Assembly: GCA_046734435.1 (NCBI GenBank)
Contig: JBKPRE010000018.1
Coordinates: 2,471 to 66,470 of the forward strand
Reading direction: 5' to 3'
Origin: Pseudomonadota bacterium
GTDB lineage: Bacteria; Pseudomonadota; Alphaproteobacteria; Rhizobiales; Xanthobacteraceae
DNA: 64,000 nt
Shown here: positions 46,478 to 56,583 of the stretch, piece after piece
Numbering within the stretch: position 1 is the stretch's first letter
Layout of the letters: every line of letters begins with the position of its first letter
Notes under the pieces: model-generated
The model's input: the letters and a program-made list of their open reading frames with translations, nothing else
What the model was told of the DNA's origin: nothing
Database searches by the model: none
Translations under genes and position numbers: made by a program

Positions 46478-48187
46478 GTGGACATCTTCACCGAGCGCAG
46501 GCCCTACAACGCCGTCTCCGATTTCGTCGACGCGCATATCGCGGCCGGGCGCGGCAACAAGGTCGCCTTCGTCGATCCCGAGCGCTCCATGACGTATAGC
46601 GAATTGCGGGCGCGCAGCGTGCGCTTTGCCAATGCGCTGCGCGCGCTCGGCATCGAGGAGGAGCAGCGCGTCGCGCTGCTGCTCAATGACACCGTCGACT
46701 ATCCGGTCGCGTTCTGGGGCGCGATCCGCGCCGGCTGCGTCGCGATCCCGCTCAATGTCTATCTGACGCTGCCGCAATATGCCTACATCCTGGCCGATTG
46801 CCGCGCGCGGGCGCTGGTGGTCGAGGCGTCGCTGCTGGAAACGATCGCTCCGGTGCTGGACAAGCTGCCGCGCAAGCCGGTGATGATCGTGGTTGGTTCC
46901 CCTCCCGGTCATTCCGGGGCGCGAGCGCATAGCGCGTTGAAGACGCGCGTAAACGCGCTTATGGCGAGCGAACCCGGAATCCAGACGCAAGCACCGCGCC
47001 CGCATCTGGATTCCGGGTCCGGCGCTGACGCGCCGTCCCGGAATGACAGAAGAATGCACGATTTCGAAACCCTCATCACCGACGCGGATCCGACGCCCTT
47101 GACCGCCGACACGTTGTCGGACGAAGTCGCATTCTGGTTCTACACCTCCGGCTCGACCGGCGACCCGAAGGGCGTCAAGCACGTCCACTCCAACCTGATG
47201 GCGACCGCGAAACTGTTCGGCCAGGGCATTCTTGGCATTACCGAGAACGACGTCGTGCATTCCGCCTCCAAGCTGTTCTTTGCCTACGGGCTTGGTAATG
47301 CGCTGACCTTCCCGCTCTCGGTCGGCGCCACCGCCGCGCTGTGGCCGCACCGGCCGTCGCCCGAGGGCGTGTTCGACATCATGCGCACGCACCAGCCGAC
47401 CATTTTCTACGGCGTGCCCTCGCTCTACACCGCGCTGCTGGCGCACAAGGACATCGGCAAGGGCGCCGGCTCCGACCGCCTGCGGCTCTGCGTCTCCGCG
47501 GGCGAGGCCATGCCCGCGCATATCGGCGAACGCTGGCGTGAGGTGACCGGCGTCGACGTGCTCGACGGCCTCGGCTCGACAGAGATGCTCAACACCTTTC
47601 TGTCAAACCGCCCGGGCGACATTCGTTACGGCTCGACCGGCAAGCCCGTGCCCGGCTACGAGGCGCGCATCGTCGACGAGCACGGCCGCGAGCTCGGCGA
47701 CGGCGAGATCGGCGAGCTGATCGTGCGCGGCCCGTCGGCCGGTGAAGGCTACTGGAACCAGCGCGAGAAGAGCCGCCGCACCTTTGCCGGCGAATGGACG
47801 CACACCGGCGACAAGTACCGGCGCGATGCCGAGGGCTACTATTATTACTGCGGGCGCACCGACGACATGTTCAAGGTCTCCGGCATGTGGGTGTCGCCCT
47901 TCGACGTCGAGGCCGCGCTTGTGTCACATGAAGCCGTGCTCGAGGCCGCCGTCATCGGCAAGGAAGATGCCGACGGGCTGATCAAGCCGAAGGCCTTCAT
48001 CGTGTTGCGCAACGGCTACGAGGCCGACGACGGCCTGCTCGAGACCCTCAAGCACCACGTCAAGGACAGAGCCGGCCCGTGGAAATTCCCGCGCTGGATC
48101 GAAGCGCGCGATCAACTCCCGCGTACAGCGACTGGCAAGATCCAGCGTTTCAAATTGCGCGAGGAAGACGCCCGCGCGGGACGGTGA
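46478..48187 (+). CDS. Benzoate/4-hydroxybenzoate-CoA ligase family protein with an in-frame repeat-derived insertion
   Basis: FYTSGSTGDPKG, KLFFAYGLGN, CVSAGE, DGLGSTEMLNTF, HTGDKY, GRTDDMFKVSG, LPRTATGKIQR. Confidence 0.9.
   Translation: MDIFTERRPYNAVSDFVDAHIAAGRGNKVAFVDPERSMTYSELRARSVRFANALRALGIEEEQRVALLLNDTVDYPVAFWGAIRAGCVAIPLNVYLTLPQYAYILADCRARALVVEASLLETIAPVLDKLPRKPVMIVVGSPPGHSGARAHSALKTRVNALMASEPGIQTQAPRPHLDSGSGADAPSRNDRRMHDFETLITDADPTPLTADTLSDEVAFWFYTSGSTGDPKGVKHVHSNLMATAKLFGQGILGITENDVVHSASKLFFAYGLGNALTFPLSVGATAALWPHRPSPEGVFDIMRTHQPTIFYGVPSLYTALLAHKDIGKGAGSDRLRLCVSAGEAMPAHIGERWREVTGVDVLDGLGSTEMLNTFLSNRPGDIRYGSTGKPVPGYEARIVDEHGRELGDGEIGELIVRGPSAGEGYWNQREKSRRTFAGEWTHTGDKYRRDAEGYYYYCGRTDDMFKVSGMWVSPFDVEAALVSHEAVLEAAVIGKEDADGLIKPKAFIVLRNGYEADDGLLETLKHHVKDRAGPWKFPRWIEARDQLPRTATGKIQRFKLREEDARAGR
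46908..47047. repeat. Intragenic REP-like element, GTCATTCCGG...CCGGAATGAC type
   Basis: Right arm 47007-47047 is identical over 41 bp to 52679-52719; the reading frame stays open. Confidence 0.92.
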
Positions 48188-48218
48188 GTGTTCTTTGGCT
48201 AGACGCGACCTCTCATTT

Positions 48219-48328
48219 GTCATGCGCGGGCTTGACCCGCGCATCCACGGTGAAGTGCAACGGGAAAAGCAGTACTGCCGTCATGGCGGAACGGCCTCAT
48301 GGATCGCCGGGTCAAGCCCGGCGATGAC
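48219..48328 (+). repeat. 110-bp REP-dimer unit
   Basis: GTCATGCGCGGGCTTGACCCGCGCATCCA ... CAGTACTG ... TGGATCGCCGGGTCAAGCCCGGCGATGAC. Confidence 0.92.
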
Positions 48329-48449
48329 AACGGAGAGGCCTTTCAACAGTCATTCTCGGGGTGAATCCAGGCGCAGCCTAGGCCCTCCCATGGCAAAAAC
48401 CTCAGGTTTTTCGTAAGCTTGCTCGTTGTCGTGAACACCGGCGGGGGCC

Positions 48450-51400
48450 ATGCTGCGGCGCGGCGGAAGCGGACGGCAGGTGAAAAAACGCCGCCCTGGG
48501 CCTGCCAAGGCCAGGGCCCGTGGCGCTGTGACGGCACGCGCGTCCGCCGTACCGAAAGGCCAGGCGACCGCCCTCGCCCGCGAGTTGAAAGAAGCGCGCG
48601 ACCAGCAGGCCGCCACCGCCGCAATTCTCAAGGTGATCAGCACGTCTCCGGCCGACACGCAGCCCGTCTTCGAGGCCATCGTGCACAGCGGACTGAAGCT
48701 CTTTCCCGACGCCGCGATCCTCATTGCCTTGCCTGATGGCGACAGGCTGCGCGCTGCTGCATTTGCCGAAACGAATCCCGCTCGCATCAAGGCAATGCTC
48801 CGCCGTTGGCCGATTCCGATCACGCGCGAATATATCCACGCTGTCGCGATCCTTGATCGGAAGCTGATCGACATTCCCGACGGAAGAGAAGCTCCGCCTG
48901 AATTTGCATCCGGAGCGCGCTACTTTCTGACGACCGGCTACCGGGCGATAACCATCATGCCATTGATCCGTGGCAAAAAGGCCATCGGCGCGCTCAGCGT
49001 CGTGCGGGTCGCGCCCGGGCCGCTCTCGAAGAGACAGATTGGCGTGCTCAGGACCTTCGCCGCGCAGGCCGTCATCGCCATCGAGAACACACGGGTGCTC
49101 AACGAGCTGCGCGAGTCGCTGGACCAGCAGACCGCAACCGCCGACGTCCTCAAGGTCATCAGCGCCTCGCCCGGCGACATGACGCCAGTGTTCGAGGCGA
49201 TGCTCGCGAACGCCCTGCGCCTCTGCGAGGCCAAGTTCGGCCATCTCCTGCTCTTTGACGGCGAGCGATTTCACGCCACGCATCTGCACGACGTTCCCGC
49301 GGCCTATCGTGAGTACTGGGAGAAGCACGGGCCGATTCGCCCAGGCCCGAAGACAGGTCTCGGCCGCATCGCCCGCGAAAAGCGGATGTTCCATATCCCC
49401 GATCTCAAGGCCGAAGCCGCCTACACCGCACGCGAGCCGTTGCGCGTCGTCACCGTCGAAGAGGCAGGCGCACGGTCGTTCGTCGGCGTGCCGATGCTCA
49501 AGGACGACAAACTCGTCGGCGCCATCGTCATCTACCGTCAGGAGGTCCGCCCCTTCACCGACAGGCAGATCGAGCTGCTCGAGAACTTCGCCGCGCAAGC
49601 CGTCATCGCCATCGAGAACACGCGGCTGCTCAACGAGCTGCGCGAGTCGCTGCAGCAGCAGACCGCGACCGCAGACGTGCTCAAGGTCATCAGCTCTTCG
49701 CCCGGCGAACTCGAACCGGTCTTCAAGGCCATACTTGCGAATGCGACCGATATATGCGGGGCCAAATTCGGCACGCTCTATTTACGCAAAGACGACGCAT
49801 ATTATGCGCGGGCATTTCATAACGCCCCTCCGGCCTTTATTGATGCGCGTAAGGATAAGGCGCTGCATCCTGGCCCGGAAACCACGGTCGGCCGCGCGGC
49901 ACGGACCAAGCAGGTTGAACAGGTTCTCGATGCCACCAACCGCGAAGCGTACCGCAAAGGCGACCCCTTCGTCCTCGCCGGGACAGACCTTGGCGGCTAC
50001 CGGACGATTATGTCAGTCCCGATGCTCAAGGACGATGAGCTGATCGGCGCCATCACCATCTATCGGCAGGAGGTGCTGGCTTTCAATGACAAGCAGATCG
50101 AGCTGGTCAAAAATTTTGCCGCGCAGGCAGTGATCGCCATCGAGAATGCTCGCTTGCTCAACGAGCTGCGCCAGCGCACCGATGATCTCACAGACTCGCT
50201 GGAGCAGCAGACCGCGACGTCGGAGATTCTCAAGGTCATCAGCAACTCGCCGACCGACACGCAGCCAGCCTTCGACGCAATCGTGCGCAGCGGGCTGAAC
50301 CTGTTCCCGGACGCGGTCGTGACCATTTCACTTCCCGACCGCGACCTGATCAAGCTTGGCGCTATTGGCGGAGCGGACAAGGCCGGTGTCGAAGCCCTTC
50401 GGGGGCGTTTTCCGATGCCGCTGTCGCACCAATTTATCACAGGCACATCCATCCTTGACCGGCGCGAAATTGATCTTGCTGACGCGCAGGAGCCGCCAAA
50501 GGAATTGACGGTCGGCGCGCAAAATCTGCTGGCAGGCGGCTACCGCGCCATGACGGTGATGCCGATGGTGCGCGGCGATGAGACGATCGGCTCGCTGAAC
50601 GTGGTACGACGCCACCCGGGTGCCCTCTCCGAAAAGCAGCGGGAACTATTACGCACCTTCGCCAATCAGGCTGTGATCGCCATCGAGAACACGCGGCTGT
50701 TCAATGAATTGCGCGAATCGCTGCAGCAGCAGACCGCCACCGCCGACGTGCTCAAGGTGATCAGCAGCTCACAGGGTGATCTGACAAGCGTGTTCAAGTC
50801 CATTCTGGTCAATGCAACTAACATCTGTGAAGCTAGTTTTGCGAACCTTGCTCTGCTCGAGCACGATGAACTGCGGCTCCGCGCAATGTATGGCGCTCCG
50901 GCTGCATTCGCCGAGGCGGTGGCAATCAATAGCGTCATACCGCAACAGACTCCGGTCATGCGCGTGATCGATACCAGGCAGGTGATTCATATAGCCGACA
51001 TTCAGGCTGAAGAGGCTTACCGCCGGACCCGCCTGGCCAATCTGGCGGGTGCCCGTACAACGCTTGGCGTGCCGATGCTCAAGGACGGCCAGATCATCGG
51101 GTCAATTCTCATCTATCGCCAGGAAGTCCGGGAGTTCAACGACAAGCAGATCGAGCTAGTCAAGAATTTCGCTGCTCAGGCCGTCATCGCCATCGAGAAT
51201 GCGCGGCTGCTCGCCGAGCTGCGCGAATCTTTGCAGCAGCAGACCGCGACCTCGGACGTCCTCAAGGTCATCAGCCGCTCGACGTTCGATCTGCAGACCG
51301 TGCTGCAGACACTCGTTGAGTCAGCCGCGACGCTCTGCGACGCCGACCGGACGATTATCACCCGCCAGAAAGACGGGGTCTTCTACCGTGCCGAGGCGCA

Positions 51401-52589
51401 CGGCTTCTCCCGCGAATTCATGGACTACGTCAGAAATGTGCCGATCGCACCGGAACGCGGGTCGGCCTTCGGCCGCGCCCTGCTTGAAAAGCACGCGGTG
51501 CATATCCCCGACGTCAAGGCTGATCCGGAATATACCTCTGCCGAGATGCAGAAGCTGGGTGACTACCGGACGGTGCTCGCCGTTCCGATGTTGCGCGAAG
51601 GTGTTGCAACGGGTGTGCTCAGCCTGACGCGTTCGGAAGTCCGTCCGTTTACCGACAGGCAGATCGAGCTGGCCTCCACTTTCGCCGACCAGGCCGCGAT
51701 TGCGATCGAGAACGTGCGGCTGTTCGAAGAGGTGCAGGGGCGCACGCGCGAATTGGCAGCCTCGCTGGAAGACCTGCGCAACACGCAAGATCGGCTGGTG
51801 CAGACGCAGAAGCTCGCCTCGCTCGGCCAGCTCACCGCCGGCATCGCACACGAAATCAAGAATCCGCTTAATTTCGTCAACAACTTCTCGACGGTCTCGA
51901 GCGAGCTGGTCGACGAGCTGCAGGATACGCTGAAAGGCCTGGCGGTCGACGACAAGATGCGCAAGCAGATCGAGGAACTCACGGCGATGCTGCGAGGCAA
52001 TCTCGACAGGGTCGTGCAGCACGGCAAGCGCGCCGATTCGATCGTCAAGAACATGCTGCTGCACTCGCGCGAAGGCTCGGGCGAGCACCGGATCGTCGAT
52101 ATCAATTCGCTGGTCGAGGAGAGCCTCAACCTCGCCTATCACGGCAAGCGCGCCGAGACGCAGGGCTTCAACGTCACGCTTGAGCGCTCCTTGGATCCTG
52201 CCGCCGGCGAAGCCGACGTTTTCCCGCAGGACATCACGCGCGTGCTGCTCAACCTGATCTCGAACGGCTTCTACGCGGCGACGCGGCGCAAGGCGCAGGC
52301 CGGTGGCGGTTTCGAGCCGGTGCTGGCGGCTGCGACGCGCAGCCTTGGCGATCGCGTTGAAATCCGCATCCGCGACAACGGCACCGGTATCCCGCCCGAG
52401 GTGCGCGAGAAGATGTTCAATCCCTTCTTCACCACCAAGCCGGCCGGCGAAGGCACCGGCCTCGGGCTGTCCATCAGCCACGACATCGTGGTCAAGCAGC
52501 ATGCCGGCTCGATCGAGGTCGACACCGAGCCCGGCGCCTTCACCGAGATCCGCGTCATCCTGCCGCGCAAGGGTGTGTTTCCGGCTTAG
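48450..52589 (+). CDS. Cytoplasmic sensor histidine kinase with six tandem GAF domains
   Basis: Six QQ(T/A)AT(A/S)-x-(V/I)LKVIS...QA(V/A)IAIEN modules; AGIAHEIKNPLNF H box; LLNLISNG, IRDNGTGI, PFFTTKP, GTGLGLS. Confidence 0.92.
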   Translation: MLRRGGSGRQVKKRRPGPAKARARGAVTARASAVPKGQATALARELKEARDQQAATAAILKVISTSPADTQPVFEAIVHSGLKLFPDAAILIALPDGDRLRAAAFAETNPARIKAMLRRWPIPITREYIHAVAILDRKLIDIPDGREAPPEFASGARYFLTTGYRAITIMPLIRGKKAIGALSVVRVAPGPLSKRQIGVLRTFAAQAVIAIENTRVLNELRESLDQQTATADVLKVISASPGDMTPVFEAMLANALRLCEAKFGHLLLFDGERFHATHLHDVPAAYREYWEKHGPIRPGPKTGLGRIAREKRMFHIPDLKAEAAYTAREPLRVVTVEEAGARSFVGVPMLKDDKLVGAIVIYRQEVRPFTDRQIELLENFAAQAVIAIENTRLLNELRESLQQQTATADVLKVISSSPGELEPVFKAILANATDICGAKFGTLYLRKDDAYYARAFHNAPPAFIDARKDKALHPGPETTVGRAARTKQVEQVLDATNREAYRKGDPFVLAGTDLGGYRTIMSVPMLKDDELIGAITIYRQEVLAFNDKQIELVKNFAAQAVIAIENARLLNELRQRTDDLTDSLEQQTATSEILKVISNSPTDTQPAFDAIVRSGLNLFPDAVVTISLPDRDLIKLGAIGGADKAGVEALRGRFPMPLSHQFITGTSILDRREIDLADAQEPPKELTVGAQNLLAGGYRAMTVMPMVRGDETIGSLNVVRRHPGALSEKQRELLRTFANQAVIAIENTRLFNELRESLQQQTATADVLKVISSSQGDLTSVFKSILVNATNICEASFANLALLEHDELRLRAMYGAPAAFAEAVAINSVIPQQTPVMRVIDTRQVIHIADIQAEEAYRRTRLANLAGARTTLGVPMLKDGQIIGSILIYRQEVREFNDKQIELVKNFAAQAVIAIENARLLAELRESLQQQTATSDVLKVISRSTFDLQTVLQTLVESAATLCDADRTIITRQKDGVFYRAEAHGFSREFMDYVRNVPIAPERGSAFGRALLEKHAVHIPDVKADPEYTSAEMQKLGDYRTVLAVPMLREGVATGVLSLTRSEVRPFTDRQIELASTFADQAAIAIENVRLFEEVQGRTRELAASLEDLRNTQDRLVQTQKLASLGQLTAGIAHEIKNPLNFVNNFSTVSSELVDELQDTLKGLAVDDKMRKQIEELTAMLRGNLDRVVQHGKRADSIVKNMLLHSREGSGEHRIVDINSLVEESLNLAYHGKRAETQGFNVTLERSLDPAAGEADVFPQDITRVLLNLISNGFYAATRRKAQAGGGFEPVLAAATRSLGDRVEIRIRDNGTGIPPEVREKMFNPFFTTKPAGEGTGLGLSISHDIVVKQHAGSIEVDTEPGAFTEIRVILPRKGVFPA

Positions 52590-52616
52590 GCGGAAGCGGG
52601 CCTAAATGCTTCACTT

Positions 52617-52719
52617 GTCATTCCGGGGCGCGCCGAAGGCGCGAGGCCGGAATCCATAACCCGCAGCGCTGCGGAGTATGGATTCCGGGTCCGGCGCTGA
52701 CGCGCCGTCCCGGAATGAC
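52617..52719. repeat. REP-like inverted pair, GTCATTCCGG type
   Basis: GTCATTCCGGGGCGCGCC...CCGGAATCCA ... TGGATTCCGGG...CCCGGAATGAC. Confidence 0.9.
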
Positions 52720-52730
52720 GGCCGGGAGTA

Positions 52731-53543
52731 TCAACGCCCCACCAGCTCCGGCCGATACTCGAAGTGCATCGTATCGTAGTGATACCAGGCGCCGCCCCAG
52801 ATGAAGCCGTGCTGCTCGAAGATGCGCACGATCGCAAGCGGAATGCGGTTGCGCCAGCGGGGCGTCTCGCCCGGCGACCAGCGCCAGTAATCCGCATGGC
52901 GCGTGTCGATGTCGATCGCCGCGCCATAGGCGTGCATCGAGATTGCGCGCGAGCCTGCGACCCTCCGGCAATTATATGTTCCGGCCGCCGGCACGAGATA
53001 CGTGGCGACATCGCCCGGCAGCTCGTCGAGCGCGCGCGACACGCGCGCGAGCGCATCGGCGACGCCATTCACCGTCGTCACCTTGACGCTGCCGCCGCCG
53101 TGCTTGGGCAGCCATTTCACCGTGCGCAAATTTTTGACGACCTCGTTCTTTTTACAGTCGCCATACATGGCGGCGAACAAAGGCGCGAAGCGCACGCGGC
53201 CCGGGTCGCTGTTCATGCCGGGCTGCTTTGGCTCGGCGCCCGCCGCCGGATAGCGGGCATAGAACATGTCGTCGATGTCCGGGTTTTCCAGCAGCTCTTG
53301 GAACGTTTTGTCGGTGCGCCCATCCGAGATGGGGAATCGCGTGCCGTTCTTGAGCACGAGAAACGTGCCGTCGTGGCCGGCGACCGTATGCGGATAGGCG
53401 GCCACGAACCTGTCCAGATGCTGTTTTATGGAGTCCGGCACCGCGCCGTAGCGTTCCTCGGCGCCGGTTGCGTTGACGCAGAGCACGCCAAAAATCGCAC
53501 CAAGGATCGCAGAAGTTGCAATGAACCGTTTTCCCCTGGCCAT
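52731..53543 (-). CDS. M15 family metallopeptidase (D-Ala-D-Ala carboxypeptidase-like), secreted
   Basis: Signal peptide; YNCR, SMHAYGAAIDI, WGGAWYHYDTMHFEY. Confidence 0.88.
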   Translation of the reverse strand: MARGKRFIATSAILGAIFGVLCVNATGAEERYGAVPDSIKQHLDRFVAAYPHTVAGHDGTFLVLKNGTRFPISDGRTDKTFQELLENPDIDDMFYARYPAAGAEPKQPGMNSDPGRVRFAPLFAAMYGDCKKNEVVKNLRTVKWLPKHGGGSVKVTTVNGVADALARVSRALDELPGDVATYLVPAAGTYNCRRVAGSRAISMHAYGAAIDIDTRHADYWRWSPGETPRWRNRIPLAIVRIFEQHGFIWGGAWYHYDTMHFEYRPELVGR

Positions 53544-53636
53544 TGGGTCTCATCCTCAAATGCGATACACTTTGTGCCGTATCGTCGGACGCTTCGTTTG
53601 ATGCCTGACGCAAGGCAACCCAAAAGGGAGGATGCC

Positions 53637-53852
53637 ATGCCTGACTCCGTCTACAAGGTCATTGAACTGGTCGGCAGCAGCACGGAATCGTGGGAGAAGG
53701 CCGCAAAGGCCGCCGTCGACCGGGCGGCAAAATCCCTGCGCGACCTGCGGATCGCCGAGGTCGTCGCACAAGACATGGTGCTGAAGGACGGAAAGGTCGA
53801 AGCCTATCGGGCGAAGGTGAAGGTCTCGTTCAAGTTCGAGGGGAAAGGTTAG
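53637..53852 (+). CDS. Dodecin family flavin-binding protein
   Basis: VYKVIELVGSSTESWEKAAKAAV...AYRAKVKVSFK; GGAGG RBS. Confidence 0.9.
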   Translation: MPDSVYKVIELVGSSTESWEKAAKAAVDRAAKSLRDLRIAEVVAQDMVLKDGKVEAYRAKVKVSFKFEGKG

Positions 53853-53921
53853 CGTGCGGCGTTGCGCGGCTGGCGGGGCATGGCGCAGGCATCGAGCGGC
53901 ACTAAAAGCGGGGAGACGGAC

Positions 53922-54248
53922 GTGACACGATTGTTCATCGCAATGTTGATCGTAAGCCTTGCCGGTTGCACATCGACCAGCAGCCTCTTCTCGTCGAACG
54001 AGCCGCCGCCTCCCCCGCCGACACCGGCCGAGGAGGCCGCACCGCCGCCATCGTCAGGCGCGCCGGCAGCAGCCGGGCCCCGCGGCCCGATGACGCCAGC
54101 GGCGAGCGCGGCTGCTTCGCAGACCGCCGGTGCCGCGCCGGGCGAGTTGCTCGAGTGTGTAAGCCAGTCGTGCAAGATCAACTGCTCACAGAAAGTGAAG
54201 CCGCAGTTCCGGCCGAAATGGTGCGCGAATTTCAAGTCGCCGGATTGA
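53922..54248 (+). CDS. Hypothetical lipoprotein
   Basis: LAGC lipobox, Pro/Ala-rich linker, four C-terminal Cys; GTG start after GGGAG. Confidence 0.6.
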   Translation: MTRLFIAMLIVSLAGCTSTSSLFSSNEPPPPPPTPAEEAAPPPSSGAPAAAGPRGPMTPAASAAASQTAGAAPGELLECVSQSCKINCSQKVKPQFRPKWCANFKSPD

Positions 54249-54276
54249 ACGGCCTTAACGGACAACCTCTCCATTG

Positions 54277-54330
54277 GTCATGCGCGGGCTTGACCCGCGC
54301 ATCCATGATGAGCGGCAACAGGTAAAGTAG
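54277..54330 (+). repeat. Half REP-dimer unit (left arm plus first part of spacer) abutting the GIY-YIG stop codon
   Basis: GTCATGCGCGGGCTTGACCCGCGCATCCA-TGATGAGCGGCAACAGGTAAAGTAG aligns with the first half of the units at 54701 and 56446. Confidence 0.88.
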
Positions 54331-54621
54331 CTAACGAGTGATATCGCGATAGAGATCGCGCCACTGCGGATTGGTCATTTCAACGAGCTGCAGTTTCCAC
54401 AACCTTGGCCAGTGCTTGATGTTCTTCTCACGCTGAATTGCCGGCAGTGGGGCATCGTACTGTTCAAAGTGAACCAACATTTTAAGTTGATATCGTTTCG
54501 AAAACCCGTTGACCAAGCCTTCGCGATGTTCGTACGCGCGGCGAACGAGATCACTGGTGACGCCAACATACAATGTTCCGCGCGGCTTGTCGGTCAGAAC
54601 GTAAACCCAATAGCCATCCAT
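54331..54621 (-). CDS. Small stand-alone GIY-YIG nuclease family protein (96 aa)
   Basis: YWVYVL...TLYVGVTSDLVRRAYEH...FEQY...AIQREKNIKHW...NPQWRDL; alternative start at 54636. Confidence 0.88.
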   Translation of the reverse strand: MDGYWVYVLTDKPRGTLYVGVTSDLVRRAYEHREGLVNGFSKRYQLKMLVHFEQYDAPLPAIQREKNIKHWPRLWKLQLVEMTNPQWRDLYRDITR

Positions 54622-54700
54622 GGCCGACGGCATCACGGACCGTCGGACCCGACAATTGCCCGTTCAGAGGATGACTGATTGACGGACGGCCTCTTCGCTC

Positions 54701-54940
54701 GTCATGCGCGGGCTTGACCCGCGCATCCATGATGACCGTCAGCAAGCAAAACAGTACTGTCGTTTTAGTGGCACGGCCTCATGGATTGCCGGGTCAAGCC
54801 CGGCAATGACCGTGGGTGGGGTTGTGCCTCTCAATTCGTCATGCGCGAGTCAAGCCCGCGCATGACGATTTGAGAGGTGGTTCCGGGTCAAGTTTACGAC
54901 CGGGCCGGCCTTCGACCGGACCCGGTTGCCCGGCAATGAC
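54701..54940 (+). repeat. REP cluster: intact 110-bp unit (54701-54810), collapsed arm (54838-54866), interrupted right arm (54883-54940)
   Basis: Same arm sequences as the other units; the third has a 35-nt hairpin inserted in its loop. Confidence 0.88.
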
Positions 54941-54960
54941 CGTACTGAGAGGTCGTAACC

Positions 54961-56403
<1,443 letters not shown>

Positions 56404-56445
56404 GGCGTTACCCTTTCTTTATCCACTGTGCACTGCTTCTCCACG

Positions 56446-56555
56446 GTCATGCGCGGGCTTGACCCGCGCATCCATGATGAGTGGCAGCAAGCAAAGCAGT
56501 ACTGTCGTTCCGGTGGCGCAGCCTCATGGATTGCCGGGTCAAGCCCGGCAATGAC
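56446..56555 (+). repeat. 110-bp REP-dimer unit between boxC and boxB
   Basis: Canonical arms with the CAGTACTG centre. Confidence 0.92.
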
Positions 56556-56583
56556 AGCCAAGAGGCTGTGCATTCAATCCGCA

